Positions 52,181-60,915 of a stretch of 64,000 nt of DNA are shown here, in pieces (position 1 is the first letter of the stretch; each line of letters begins with the position of its first letter). Origin of the DNA: an uncultured Solirubrobacteraceae bacterium (GTDB lineage: Bacteria > Actinomycetota > Thermoleophilia > Solirubrobacterales > Solirubrobacteraceae); the NCBI GenBank assembly GCA_963738815.1, contig CAVTXW010000009.1:11536-75535 (forward strand), in the 5' to 3' direction. The notes under the pieces were generated by a model that worked only from the letters and a program-made list of their open reading frames with translations, was not told the origin of the DNA and made no database searches. The position numbers and the translations under genes were made by a program.

Positions 52181-52342
52181 GCGGGGATGGAGGTCCCCAC
52201 GGAGCCCACGGATGGGACCGCAAGGAGGGCAGTCTCGGCGCTCGCGCGCACAGGCCGCAAGGCCTATCGGGCGCCGACGCCGAGACGCAAGCCCACGCCG
52301 CGGGCGGCGCGCGGGGCATCCAGCACGGATGCCCGGCGCCGC
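52181..52342 (+). ncRNA. Candidate structured small RNA with multiple ANGGA (CsrA-type) motifs
   Basis: TACACT at 52169-52174; hairpins GGGGAU-GGAG-GUCCCC, CCCA-CGGA-UGGG, AGGCC-GCAA-GGCCU, GUCUCGGCG/CGCCGAGAC; terminal hairpin 52304-52342; no convincing ORF. Confidence 0.55.
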
Positions 52343-52356
52343 CCCGCCTGCGGCCT

Positions 52357-53028
52357 TCAGGGCAGGTGTGCGACGGCGTTCACGCGCGTCGTGCGGCGCG
52401 CGGCGATCGTGAACGCCGTCGCCGGCACGCCGACCTGCGAGCCGCCGGCCCCACGGACGAGGGTGCCCCCGAGCACGTAGCTGCCGGGAGCCAGCGGGAA
52501 GATCGCGAAGTGCCCGTCGCGGACGCGCCGGCTGGCGACGGGGCTGCCGGCCGCCGTGGAGACGGTCACGGTGCCGCCCTGCGGCCTGCGCGTGGCGGCA
52601 GCGCGTACTCGTCTGGAGCGGTCCGCCCTGCAGGTAGAGGGCGACGACGAGCTCGGTCGGGCCCGCGGCTCTGCACGGTGCCGGGGTGATCCGGGCCGGG
52701 CAGCGCAGGCTGGGCGCAGAGCGGCTTCACGAACACCGTCACCGTCCGCGTGTGCCGGCCACCGCCCGGACTCTGACGGGACACGAGCTGGCGCCCGTCG
52801 GGACTGGCGGGAGTCACGTAGGGGCCGTGGGCGGGGAGCTGGTGCACCGTGATCGCCGCAGCCCGATGAGCCGAGGGCCTGGCGGGCGCTCGCCAGGCTG
52901 ACCCCCACGACGTCGGGCGCCACGCACCCTTCGCCGGCCTGCGTGGCGGCGCCCGCAGCGGGAAGCGCGGCGCTCGTGGCGAGGGCCGCTACTGCCAGGG
53001 GAACCGCATTTTTGCGCGGACGTTGCAT
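52357..53028 (-). CDS. Secreted PASTA-like domain protein; several frameshifts
   Basis: Signal peptide; CVAPDVVGVSLASARQAL, LVSRQSPG, C-terminal beta domain FPLAPGSY. Confidence 0.65.
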   Translation of the reverse strand: MQRPRKNAVPLAVAALATSAALPAAGAATQAGEGCVAPDVVGVSLASARQALGSSGCGDHGAPAPRPRPLRDSRQSRRAPARVPSESGRWPAHADGDGVREAALRPACAARPGSPRHRAEPRARPSSSSPSTCRADRSRRVRAAATRRPQGGTVTVSTAAGSPVASRRVRDGHFAIFPLAPGSYVLGGTLVRGAGGSQVGVPATAFTIAARRTTRVNAVAHLP

Positions 53029-53215
53029 TGCAGGTTTGACCAGTTTTGTCGCGAGTTGGCAATATTAACCGTAGGTGTCCTGGCCGAAACGGTCCGCTGC
53101 GCGCGGTTCCGGTCGGAGGAGGAGGCAGGAGACCATGGAGCGAACGCACCCGAACAGCCGGGTGCGGGACCCTCCAGAACGGGAAACTCCTCACAAGCTG
53201 CGCAACCGGAGAGGC

Positions 53216-53473
53216 ATGAACGCGTCCAGCTCAACGACCCCCCTGAGGCGGCGCAAGCGCCGCGCTCTGCGGCTGCTCGAGAAGCCGAGCGGGCCCGCCG
53301 GCCCGGGGCGCGTGGTCGAACGCTGGCTGTTCGTGTGGCGCTGGGAGACCTGGGCCAAGGAGTCCGCGCTCGAACGCCGCCCGCGCGGGGGTTGGGCGCT
53401 GACCTACCGCAAGGCGCTGGTCGCGAGCCAGGACGCGCTCGACGACTACGAACTGGTCGAGCTCGCCGCCTGA
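53216..53473 (+). CDS. Hypothetical basic, Trp-rich protein (alternative in-frame start at 53135)
   Basis: SD-like GGAGAGG before ATG 53216 and AGGAG before ATG 53135; RWLFVWRWETW...GGWALTYRKA. Confidence 0.6.
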   Translation: MNASSSTTPLRRRKRRALRLLEKPSGPAGPGRVVERWLFVWRWETWAKESALERRPRGGWALTYRKALVASQDALDDYELVELAA

Positions 53474-53506
53474 GAACAGGAGGGTCGGCCGGCGCTCCGT
53501 GCCGGA

Positions 53507-54048
53507 CTAGCCGTAGCGGCGCATCGCCGCCACCCAGTTGGCGGCGATCTGACGCTGGGCGTCAGCGAGCGCGAGCCGCCGCTCGCACACGAGGCGCTTC
53601 ATCGCCGTCTCGAGCTTGTCCTTCGGGTTCAGGTAGAAGCCCTGGGCGCGCCGTAGTCCGGCTCGGGCCACAGGTTGCGGGGGTCGTTGACGGCCCCGCC
53701 CAGCTCCAAGGGGACGAAGTGGTCGTACTCGTAGCGGGAGGCGCCGGTCTCGCCGTAGGCGCGCAGGCTCGCGAGCTTCTCCGGCTCGGTCACGCGCTCG
53801 GGCGGGCGCACGCCCGCCGTCCAGCCGCTGCGGCAGATCGTGCTCGCGATCGTCGCCTGCGTGACCGCCGGGTTCACGGCGCCCGGCGTGCAGCGACGGT
53901 CGGGGAGCTGGCTCAGCCCGGAGCCCGAGGCATGGCAGCTGCCGGCGGGCGGCTGGCGCTGCACGACCCCGGCGGACGCGCTCGAGTACGGAAGCCCGGA
54001 GGGCGCGAGCGCAAGACCGAGCGCCGCCGCGAGTGCGAGCGGGCTCAT
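53507..54048 (-). CDS. Secreted HNH-like domain protein; frameshift near 53642
   Basis: LPDRRCTPGA, YEYDHFVPLELGG, NLWPEP, then NPKDKLE...VC...AQRQIAANW in a shifted frame. Confidence 0.75.
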
Positions 54049-54145
54049 CTGCTGGTCGGCCGGTTCGCGCTCATCGCGCAATGAGCATCCCACGGTGATG
54101 CGACGGCACGCGCCGGCGTGCCTCGCGCGCGGCTGCGATGCGGAG

Positions 54146-54175
54146 GCCGGGCGCGCCTGCTCCGGCGCGCCCGGC
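54146..54175. terminator. 12-bp GC hairpin downstream of the SGNH gene
   Basis: GCCGGGCGCGCC-N6-GGCGCGCCCGGC. Confidence 0.55.
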
Positions 54176-54193
54176 CCGCATGAGGAGATCCGC

Positions 54194-55126
54194 TTAGCGG
54201 ACGCCCGCCTTCAGCATCGCCTGCTCGACGCGGTAGGAGTCCTGTTCCTCACCGGTCGCGTTGGGGTGCACCGGCACGCCCGTGAGGGAGCCGAGCAGCG
54301 GTTCGATCCAGCGTTCGCCGGCCGGCTTGCACGCGTTGTGTTCTTCGCTGTTCTTGAACGTGTCCACGAACGTCGCGCCGTGAGCCTTGGCGGCTGCCTT
54401 GATCATCTTGTTGCCCTGCACCTCGACGTCCTTGCGGAACCACTTGAGGTCGCCTTCTTTCCACGGGAACGCGAGGCAGAACCCTTTCTTCGGAGCGATG
54501 TCCGGGTAGCCGACGACGAACACTTTGGCGTTCGGCGCCAGTTCTTTGATGTGATCGAGCGCCGCTTCCTGGGCCGGTTTGTCGGCCGCGAAGGTTTCGG
54601 TCACGAATTTTTCGAAGTGGTGTTCGTTGGCTTCCCTGCACGGCGCCTTGCCTGACAGGTTTTCGATCACGTCGGTCTGGGTGCAGCCGTTCAACAGGCC
54701 ACCGAACAGGCCGCCGTCGTTACCGCCCATGCCGATCGTCACGACTTCGGTCGATGCGCTCAGAGCGTTGTCCTGCGGCGGCGTCACGCCCGGGATCTGT
54801 TCTTCGGTCTCATCCGAGGTCGTCGCCCCGCCGCAGCTGACGTCGGTCAGCGTCAGGTTGAGCGCCGCCGCGACGAGGTGCGGGTAGTTTTTCGTCGAGC
54901 GCCCGCATTTCTGAGCAGCTTCGTTTTCTTCGTACGGCGTCACGCCCGGCGCCGACGTGTACGAGTCGCCGATCGAGACGTAGTTGATCGCTTTCGCGTT
55001 CGCGGCCGCCGGCAGCGCGAGCAGCAGGGCCCCCACGAGACCCATCAGTGCGACCAGCGCGCGGCGGGCGGAGCGCCCGTCTGACGACGGCGCCGAACGA
55101 CGCGCGTCCCTCATCCCTCTCATCAT
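54194..55126 (-). CDS. Secreted SGNH/GDSL lipase/esterase
   Basis: YVSIGDSY, SCGGA, GMGGND, VGYP, HPNATG; signal peptide. Confidence 0.92.
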   Translation of the reverse strand: MMRGMRDARRSAPSSDGRSARRALVALMGLVGALLLALPAAANAKAINYVSIGDSYTSAPGVTPYEENEAAQKCGRSTKNYPHLVAAALNLTLTDVSCGGATTSDETEEQIPGVTPPQDNALSASTEVVTIGMGGNDGGLFGGLLNGCTQTDVIENLSGKAPCREANEHHFEKFVTETFAADKPAQEAALDHIKELAPNAKVFVVGYPDIAPKKGFCLAFPWKEGDLKWFRKDVEVQGNKMIKAAAKAHGATFVDTFKNSEEHNACKPAGERWIEPLLGSLTGVPVHPNATGEEQDSYRVEQAMLKAGVR

Positions 55127-55363
55127 TTCTCCCCTTTTGTTCCGGAGCCGGGCCCCGGAAGCCCCACCACCCGTTCCCTGGCGGTCTGGGAGCCCCCTCC
55201 TCGAGCCCATGAGCCAATCACGCGCGAATGTACCAAAGGTGGCATGCGCGCGGTGCGATTCTCAGCGTCCCGGGTGCTTGCGCGGCGGCAGGCCGAGACG
55301 CCCGCAGGAGCAGGCTCGGTGTCGCATCTCCTGCGGGCTCAGCGGCGGGCGCCCGCCTCGCCG

Positions 55364-56052
55364 TCAGGGACCGACCGTCGCGGTGACCGGCTGGCCTTCG
55401 GAGCTGAGCGCGAAGCTCGCGCTCACCATCGGCTTCGGGTTCCCTTGCCGCAGTTCGGCCCGCTGTCCGCGGCCACGTGGAACGTGACGTTCGTGAAGCT
55501 GAGGACGACCGGTTCGCCGTTGGTCGCGAATTTCGTCTTGACTTTGGCGGAGTTGTAAAGGCATGCCACCGCGCCGTGCGGGGGCGGCGGCGGGTTCAGC
55601 GGTTTGAGCCTCACCATGATCCCGCCCTTCAGTTCGGTCGGCGGCGCCTTGAGTTCCGCGGCCCCCTTCGAGTTGAGGCGCAGTTCCCACGGCAGCAGTT
55701 CGGGCACGACGACCGCTTCGTTCAGCGGCGGCGCGTAATTCGAGCTGCACGAGCCTTCTTCGCCTTCGCCGCTGAACAGCCCGCTTTCCAGCGTCACGAG
55801 ATCCTTCTTCGACAGGTTCGTCGTCATCGACCCGTCCAGCTCGTTGTCGGTGCAGCTCACTGTCCCGGCTTCCGTGGTGATCGTGAAGCTCGTGCCCGCG
55901 ACCGTGACAGGGGCGCCCGGCGCGAGCGCCGTCCCCCCCGCTTCCAGGTGCAGCACCGGTTGCGCCTTGGCGCTCGCGCTCGCGGCCCCTGCTGCGGCGC
56001 ACAGCGATGCGCCCGCCAGCGCCAGCGTGATCCTGACCGTACGGCTCCCCAT
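55364..56052 (-). CDS. Hypothetical secreted beta-rich protein; frameshift near 55440
   Basis: Signal peptide ending ASASA; four Cys in the mature region; C-terminus KPMVSASFALSSEGQPVTATVGP in a shifted frame. Confidence 0.7.
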
Positions 56053-56129
56053 TGCTCTCTCCCCTCCGTCCTCGACGCCTCCGTGCGGCGTGAGCATAAC
56101 CGCGGGGGTCCCGCGTGTGGGGGTTGTTC

Positions 56130-56528
56130 TCAAATGTGGTACATGCTCGCGCCCGCCTCGCGGGTCTCGCGCTCGATCACGTCGGCGATCGAGGTCTGCG
56201 CGAGCACGCGGCGAGCCGCCGCGGCGGCGTCGGCGAAGATCCCCTCGGAGTCACGGCCGAGCGGGCCGTCGAGCAGCTCGACGACCTCCAGCACCGTGAC
56301 GGTCTCGGGCGGGCGCGCGAAGCGGTAGCCGCCCTTCACGCCGCGCTGCGAGCTGATCACGCCCGCGCGGCGCAGGACCGCGAACAGCTGCTCGAGGAAC
56401 TGGACCGGAACGTCGCGGCGCCGCGCGAGCTCGCCGATCGGCACCGGATCGCCGGTGACGCCGCTGGTGCGTCCGAGCTCGGCGAGTGCCAGCACCGCGT
56501 ACGGGGACTTGGTCGTGATCGAGATCAT
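56130..56528 (-). CDS. Rrf2-family transcriptional regulator, CymR-like (no Fe-S cysteines)
   Basis: KSPYAVLAL, FLEQLFAVLRRAG, SQRGVKGGY, LDGP; C-terminus ASMYHI. Confidence 0.9.
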   Translation of the reverse strand: MISITTKSPYAVLALAELGRTSGVTGDPVPIGELARRRDVPVQFLEQLFAVLRRAGVISSQRGVKGGYRFARPPETVTVLEVVELLDGPLGRDSEGIFADAAAAARRVLAQTSIADVIERETREAGASMYHI

Positions 56529-56607
56529 CGCTCGCTCGCACGCGATGCTACGCAAGCAGTCGGAGGCTGCGCGGCCCGAGTCACGCCGAGCTCCCGGCGG
56601 GCGGCGC

Positions 56608-56645
56608 GGAGAGAAAGCGGGTGCCCCGCGTTGTGCGGGGCACCC
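56608..56645 (-). terminator. Intrinsic terminator after the secreted-protein gene
   Basis: 11-bp stem GGGTGCCCCGC/GCGGGGCACCC followed by GCUUUCUCUCC on the minus strand. Confidence 0.75.
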
Positions 56646-56659
56646 TGAACTGCGTCACA

Positions 56660-57070
56660 TCACGATTCGAAGATCGCGACGAGCTTGAACTTCGTCAGCT
56701 TCTTGTTGACTTTGTAGGAGAAGTTGGTCGTCTTCTTGCCGTCGCCGGAGTCGGATTCCCATTCGCCGACACTGCCCCCTTCGGAGTTTTCGAAGGATTT
56801 CTGCCCGGCGCCTTCTTTCATGTGCTGGAGCATGCCTTCCGTGGTTTCGCACGTCTCGGAGTCCTTGCCGAACGGGTATTTCCTGTTGACCACGGTCCTT
56901 CCGGTGCATTTCACGGCGCCGTAGTAGCTGGAGGCGTTGTATTCCACGGTCCAGTTCGTCCTCGTGGCGGCCGCGCGGTGCGCGTCACCCGATGCTCCTG
57001 GCGATGCCGATGCAGCCGACGTGAAGACGCCGACCATCACCGCCACCGCGACCAGCGCGATGCGCTTCAT
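56660..57070 (-). CDS. Hypothetical small secreted protein
   Basis: MKRIALVAVAVMVGVFTSAASA signal peptide; two Cys; Lys/Glu-rich. Confidence 0.75.
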   Translation of the reverse strand: MKRIALVAVAVMVGVFTSAASASPGASGDAHRAAATRTNWTVEYNASSYYGAVKCTGRTVVNRKYPFGKDSETCETTEGMLQHMKEGAGQKSFENSEGGSVGEWESDSGDGKKTTNFSYKVNKKLTKFKLVAIFES

Positions 57071-57319
57071 CTGCCATACCCCCTCTTGCCCTTCCGGGCA
57101 ATCCGTTGCTAGGCCCCTCCGTAAGGGCGGGCGGCGACCATAACATCGGGACAACACCAGATGGAGGAATTTGGCATATAGATATCGACAGTCTGTATAG
57201 GACCCGCTTATCTGGGCCTATGGCGCCGGCTCACAGCCCAGGCGGGGCGGGCCCTCAGGCGGGCCTTGGGCAGCGCACGTGCGAAGCGAGGATCGCGCCC
57301 GCGCGGCCCAGGACCCGCC

Positions 57320-58457
57320 TCAGAGCCAGCCGCGCTCGGTGGCGATCAGGACGGCCTGGGCGCGGTCGACGGCGCCGAGCTTGCCGTAGATGTTGTGCAG
57401 GTGCGTGCGCACGGTGCTGGTCGAGAGCGTCAGCTCGTGGGCGATCTGCTTGTAGACCTTGCCCTCGGCCAGGCGCTGCAGGACGCCGAGCTCGCGCGTG
57501 GAGAGCGGGCACGGGTCGACGTGGCGCTGGCGCTGGACGTTCGCGCTCGGCAGTTCGTACATCACCCGGCGCAGCTCCTGGGGCCCGAGCCCGACGGCGC
57601 GCGCGGTGTGCAGCAGCTCGCTCGGGCTGACGCGGCCGCCCTGCTCGTAGTGGGCCAGCATGTCGGCCAGGCGGATGAATGCGGCCTCGCCCTCCGCGTC
57701 GGGGTTGTGGTGGCGCTCGATCGGCGTCGCCAGCGAGGCGGGCAGGCCCCAGCGGCGGATCAGGACGCCGCCCACGAGCGCGTGGTCGACACCGAGCTCG
57801 CGCCGCTCGGAGTGGACCCGTTCCTCGGGCGTGCGGGCACCCTTGTGGACCTGCGAGGGGTAGCCCGGGTAGGCGTGCAGGAGGACGAGCTTGCCGACGT
57901 CGTGCAGCAGGCTCGTGACGGTCAGCCGGTCGCGGTTCTCGTAGCCGACCTCGGCCGCGAGACGGTCGGCGGCGTGCTGGGTCGCGAGCGCGTGCAGCCG
58001 GAAGCGCTCGGGCGCGGCGTCCCAGACGCTGGCGCGCTCGAAGAAGTCGAAGGTGCGCACGCGGTTGGCGACCGAGTGGACCGTCTGCGGGCTCAGCAGC
58101 TCGACGGCGCCGACGGCGGTGTCGACCTTGCCGTTCGCGCTCTGAGCGCGGTTGGCGAGACGCAGCACGGCGATGATCAGGGCGACGTCGGACTCGACGG
58201 CGGAGACGACGTCGGCCGTCGCGACGTTGTCCTTGGAGATGACCGAGAGCAGCCGGTTGCGAGACTCTGCCAGCGCAGGGAAGGCCTCGAGCGCTTCGAA
58301 CGCCAGCGTCAGCCGCCGGCCGTGGCCCTCGTTCTGGTGGCGCTCACCGGTGCTCGGCGCAGGGGCACTCCGCGCGCTTCGCGGCCGTGGCAGCGCGCAC
58401 GTTCGGGGCGTTCGTCGTCTTCTTGGGGGCCTTCTTGGCCGCTGCCGTCGCCTGCAT
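57320..58457 (-). CDS. HDOD domain plus LuxR-type HTH regulator; probable frameshift near 58370
   Basis: HDOD: VESDVALIIAVLRLAN, LLHDVGK, DHALVGG, WGLP, HH. LuxR: LSTRELGVL...IAHELTLSTSTVRTHLHNIYGKLG. SD precedes ATG 58457 (MQATAAAKKAPKK). Confidence 0.9.
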
Positions 58458-58522
58458 TCGGTTGTTTCCCCTTCCTTGGGTTCACCGGCCATCCCGGCCG
58501 GGGTCAATCCGCTTCTCGATCC

Positions 58523-58551
58523 CTATCGGCAACGGCGCGAACCGAACTTTA
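58523..58551 (-). promoter_or_regulatory. Sigma28 (FliA/SigD/WhiG)-like promoter
   Basis: TAAA-N17-GCCGATAG, ending 65 nt upstream of the HDOD-LuxR start. Confidence 0.6.
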
Positions 58552-58617
58552 GGATTCTTGAGAATCCGCATTGCGATGCGGATTTCCGGTGTGAGTCCCG
58601 GGCCGCGAAGAGGTCTG

Positions 58618-59986
58618 TCAGCCTGGCGGCGCGGGTGCGGGCGCAGCCAGAGCGGCGTCGATCCGTGCCAGAGCGGCGTCGCGGCCCAGCAGGGCGAGGC
58701 TCTCGAACATCCCGGGCGAGATCGTGGTGCCCGTGATCGCGACGCGAAGCGGCTGATAGACGTCGCGCGGCTTGGCGCCCTCGCGCTCGATGAGCGCGCC
58801 CAGCGCGCGCTCGATCCCGGCTTCGTCGAACGGCTCGACGCCCTCCAGGGCCTCACGGGCCTGCGCCAGCAGCGCCCGGCCTTTCTCGTCCAGCCAGCGC
58901 TCGCGCGCCTTCGGGTCATCCACCGGCTCGTCGAGGAGCGGGCCCGCGAGCGGCCAGAAGTCCGCGAGCGTGTGGATCTTCTCCTGGCTGATGCGAGCGG
59001 CCTCCTCCAACCCGGTGCGGCCGGTGAACTCTTCGAGGCGCGAGCGCCAGCTCCGGAGCCGGCAGCGAGCGGATGTACACGCCGTTCAGCCAGCGGAGCT
59101 TCTCCTCGTCGAACCGTGCGGGGTTGCGGCTCACGCGCTCGAGCGTGAAGCGCTCCACCAGCTCCGCCGTCGAGAGCACGGTGCTGTCGTCGCCCGCGCC
59201 CCACCCGAGCAGCGCAAGGTAGTTCCGAACCGCCTCCGGCAGGTAGCCGGCGTCGCGCAGCTCCTGCACGGAGGCCGCGCCGTGGCGCTTTGAGAGCTTC
59301 TTGCCGTCGGGACCGTGCAGCAGCGGCAGGTGGGCGTAGAGCGGGAGCGGCGTGTCGGCGTGGATCCCGGCGGCACGCGCAGCCTCGATCACGAGCAGCT
59401 GCTTGGGCGTGTTGGAGAGGTGGTCCTCGCCGCGGACGACGTGCGTGATGCCGGCGTCGAGATCGTCGATCGCGACCGCGAAGTTGTAGAGCACCGACCC
59501 GTCGGCGCGGGCGATCACCGGATCGTCCATGTGCACGTGCTCGAAGCGGGTGTCGCCGCGCACCGCGTCGTGCACGACCGTGGCGCCGTCGTCGGGCACG
59601 CGCAGGCGCACCGCGCCGGTGTCGCCGGGTTCGCCGCGGTAGCCGCGCTCTGCGCCGTGGCGCTCCTTGTAGGCCTTCACGTCATCGGCGGTCGCCTCGG
59701 AGCGGTAGGCCAGGCCGCTGTCGAGCAGCGCCTGCAGCGCCTCCTGGTGGCGCTCGCTCAGCGAGGTCTGCATGATCGGCCCCTCGTCCCAGTCGATCTC
59801 CAGCCACTGGAGCGCGTCGATGATCTGCTCGATGTTCTCGGGCGTCGAGCGCTCGCGGTCGGTGTCCTCGATCCGCAGCACGAGCTGGCCGCCCTCGTGG
59901 CGGACGAGCAGCCAGTTGAAGAGCGCCGTGCGGGCGCCGCCGATGTGCAGCGCGCCCGTGGGCGAGGGGGCGAAGCGGGCTCTCAC
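58618..59986 (-). CDS. gltX: Glutamate-tRNA ligase; frameshift near 59045
   Basis: RFAPSPTG, LHIGG, RIEDTD, RGEDH, KLSKR, LRVAITG. Confidence 0.96.
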
Positions 59987-60048
59987 GCCTCGACCCTAGC
60001 GCCACGCGGCGCGAAGCTGCGCGCCGCCGCGGGGCATAATCCCGGCCC

Positions 60049-60912
60049 ATGCTGATCGGCGCCCACGTCTCCCCCTCCGGCGGCCTCTACAAGGCGATCG
60101 AACGCGGAGTCGAGCGCGGCGCCGAAGCGATCCAGATCTTCAACCAGTCGCCGCGGATGTGGCGCCCGACGGCCTACACCGAGGAGGACTTCGCGGCCTT
60201 CCGCGAGGCGATGGCCCCGAGCCCGGTACGGGCGGTCTTGATCCATGCCGTCTACCTGGTCAACTGCGCCAGCGAGGACCGCGAGATCCGCGCCAAGTCG
60301 CTGACATCGCTGACTCACTCGCTGCGCGTCGGGCACGGGATCGGCGCAGCCGGCGTCGTGCTGCACCCCGGCTCGGCGCTGAAGGGCCACGTCGGGGAGG
60401 CGATCGCCCGCGCCGGCAAGACGATCGCCGAGGCGCTCGCCGACAGCGAGGGCTGCGAGCTGCATCTGGAGAACACGGCGGGTGCCGGCGGAACGCTCGG
60501 CCGCTCCTTCGAGGAGCTTGCCGCGCTGATCGACGCGGCGGGCGCAGGAAAGCGTCTCGGGGTGTGCCTGGACTCCTGCCACCTGCTCGCGTCGGGCTAT
60601 GACATCCGCACACCCAAAGGCGCCGACGGCGTGCTCCGCGAGGCTCGCCGCGCGCTCGGAAGCGGGCGGATCCGCTCGCTGCACTACAACGACTCGAAGA
60701 CGCCGCTCGGATCCAATCGCGATCGCCACGAGAACGTCGGTGCCGGCGAGCTGGGCGAGAAGGGCTGCGCCGCCTTCCTCTCCGCGCCCGGCATCCAGCG
60801 CCTTGCCTGCGTGCTCGAGACCCCGGGCGAGAAACGCGAAGGCCCCGGTCCGGCCGAAATCGAGCTGACCAGGCGCCTGCGCGAGCGCGGCCTGGCGGCG
60901 CGGCGGCGCTGA
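60049..60912 (+). CDS. nfo: Endonuclease IV
   Basis: IGAHVS, HAVYLVN, HPGS, LENTAG, LDSCH, HYNDSK, DRHE, LETP. Confidence 0.94.
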   Translation: MLIGAHVSPSGGLYKAIERGVERGAEAIQIFNQSPRMWRPTAYTEEDFAAFREAMAPSPVRAVLIHAVYLVNCASEDREIRAKSLTSLTHSLRVGHGIGAAGVVLHPGSALKGHVGEAIARAGKTIAEALADSEGCELHLENTAGAGGTLGRSFEELAALIDAAGAGKRLGVCLDSCHLLASGYDIRTPKGADGVLREARRALGSGRIRSLHYNDSKTPLGSNRDRHENVGAGELGEKGCAAFLSAPGIQRLACVLETPGEKREGPGPAEIELTRRLRERGLAARRR

Positions 60913-60915
60913 GGC

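Noticed and set aside
52240-52290. SRP RNA, tRNA or 6S identity for the structured RNA
   Set aside because: It lacks the SRP AGCAG internal loop and a tRNA T-arm or cloverleaf, and does not show a clear 6S central bubble by eye.
53072-53215. Glycine, c-di-AMP or c-di-GMP riboswitch
   Set aside because: Only fragments resemble these consensuses; the core conserved motifs are absent.
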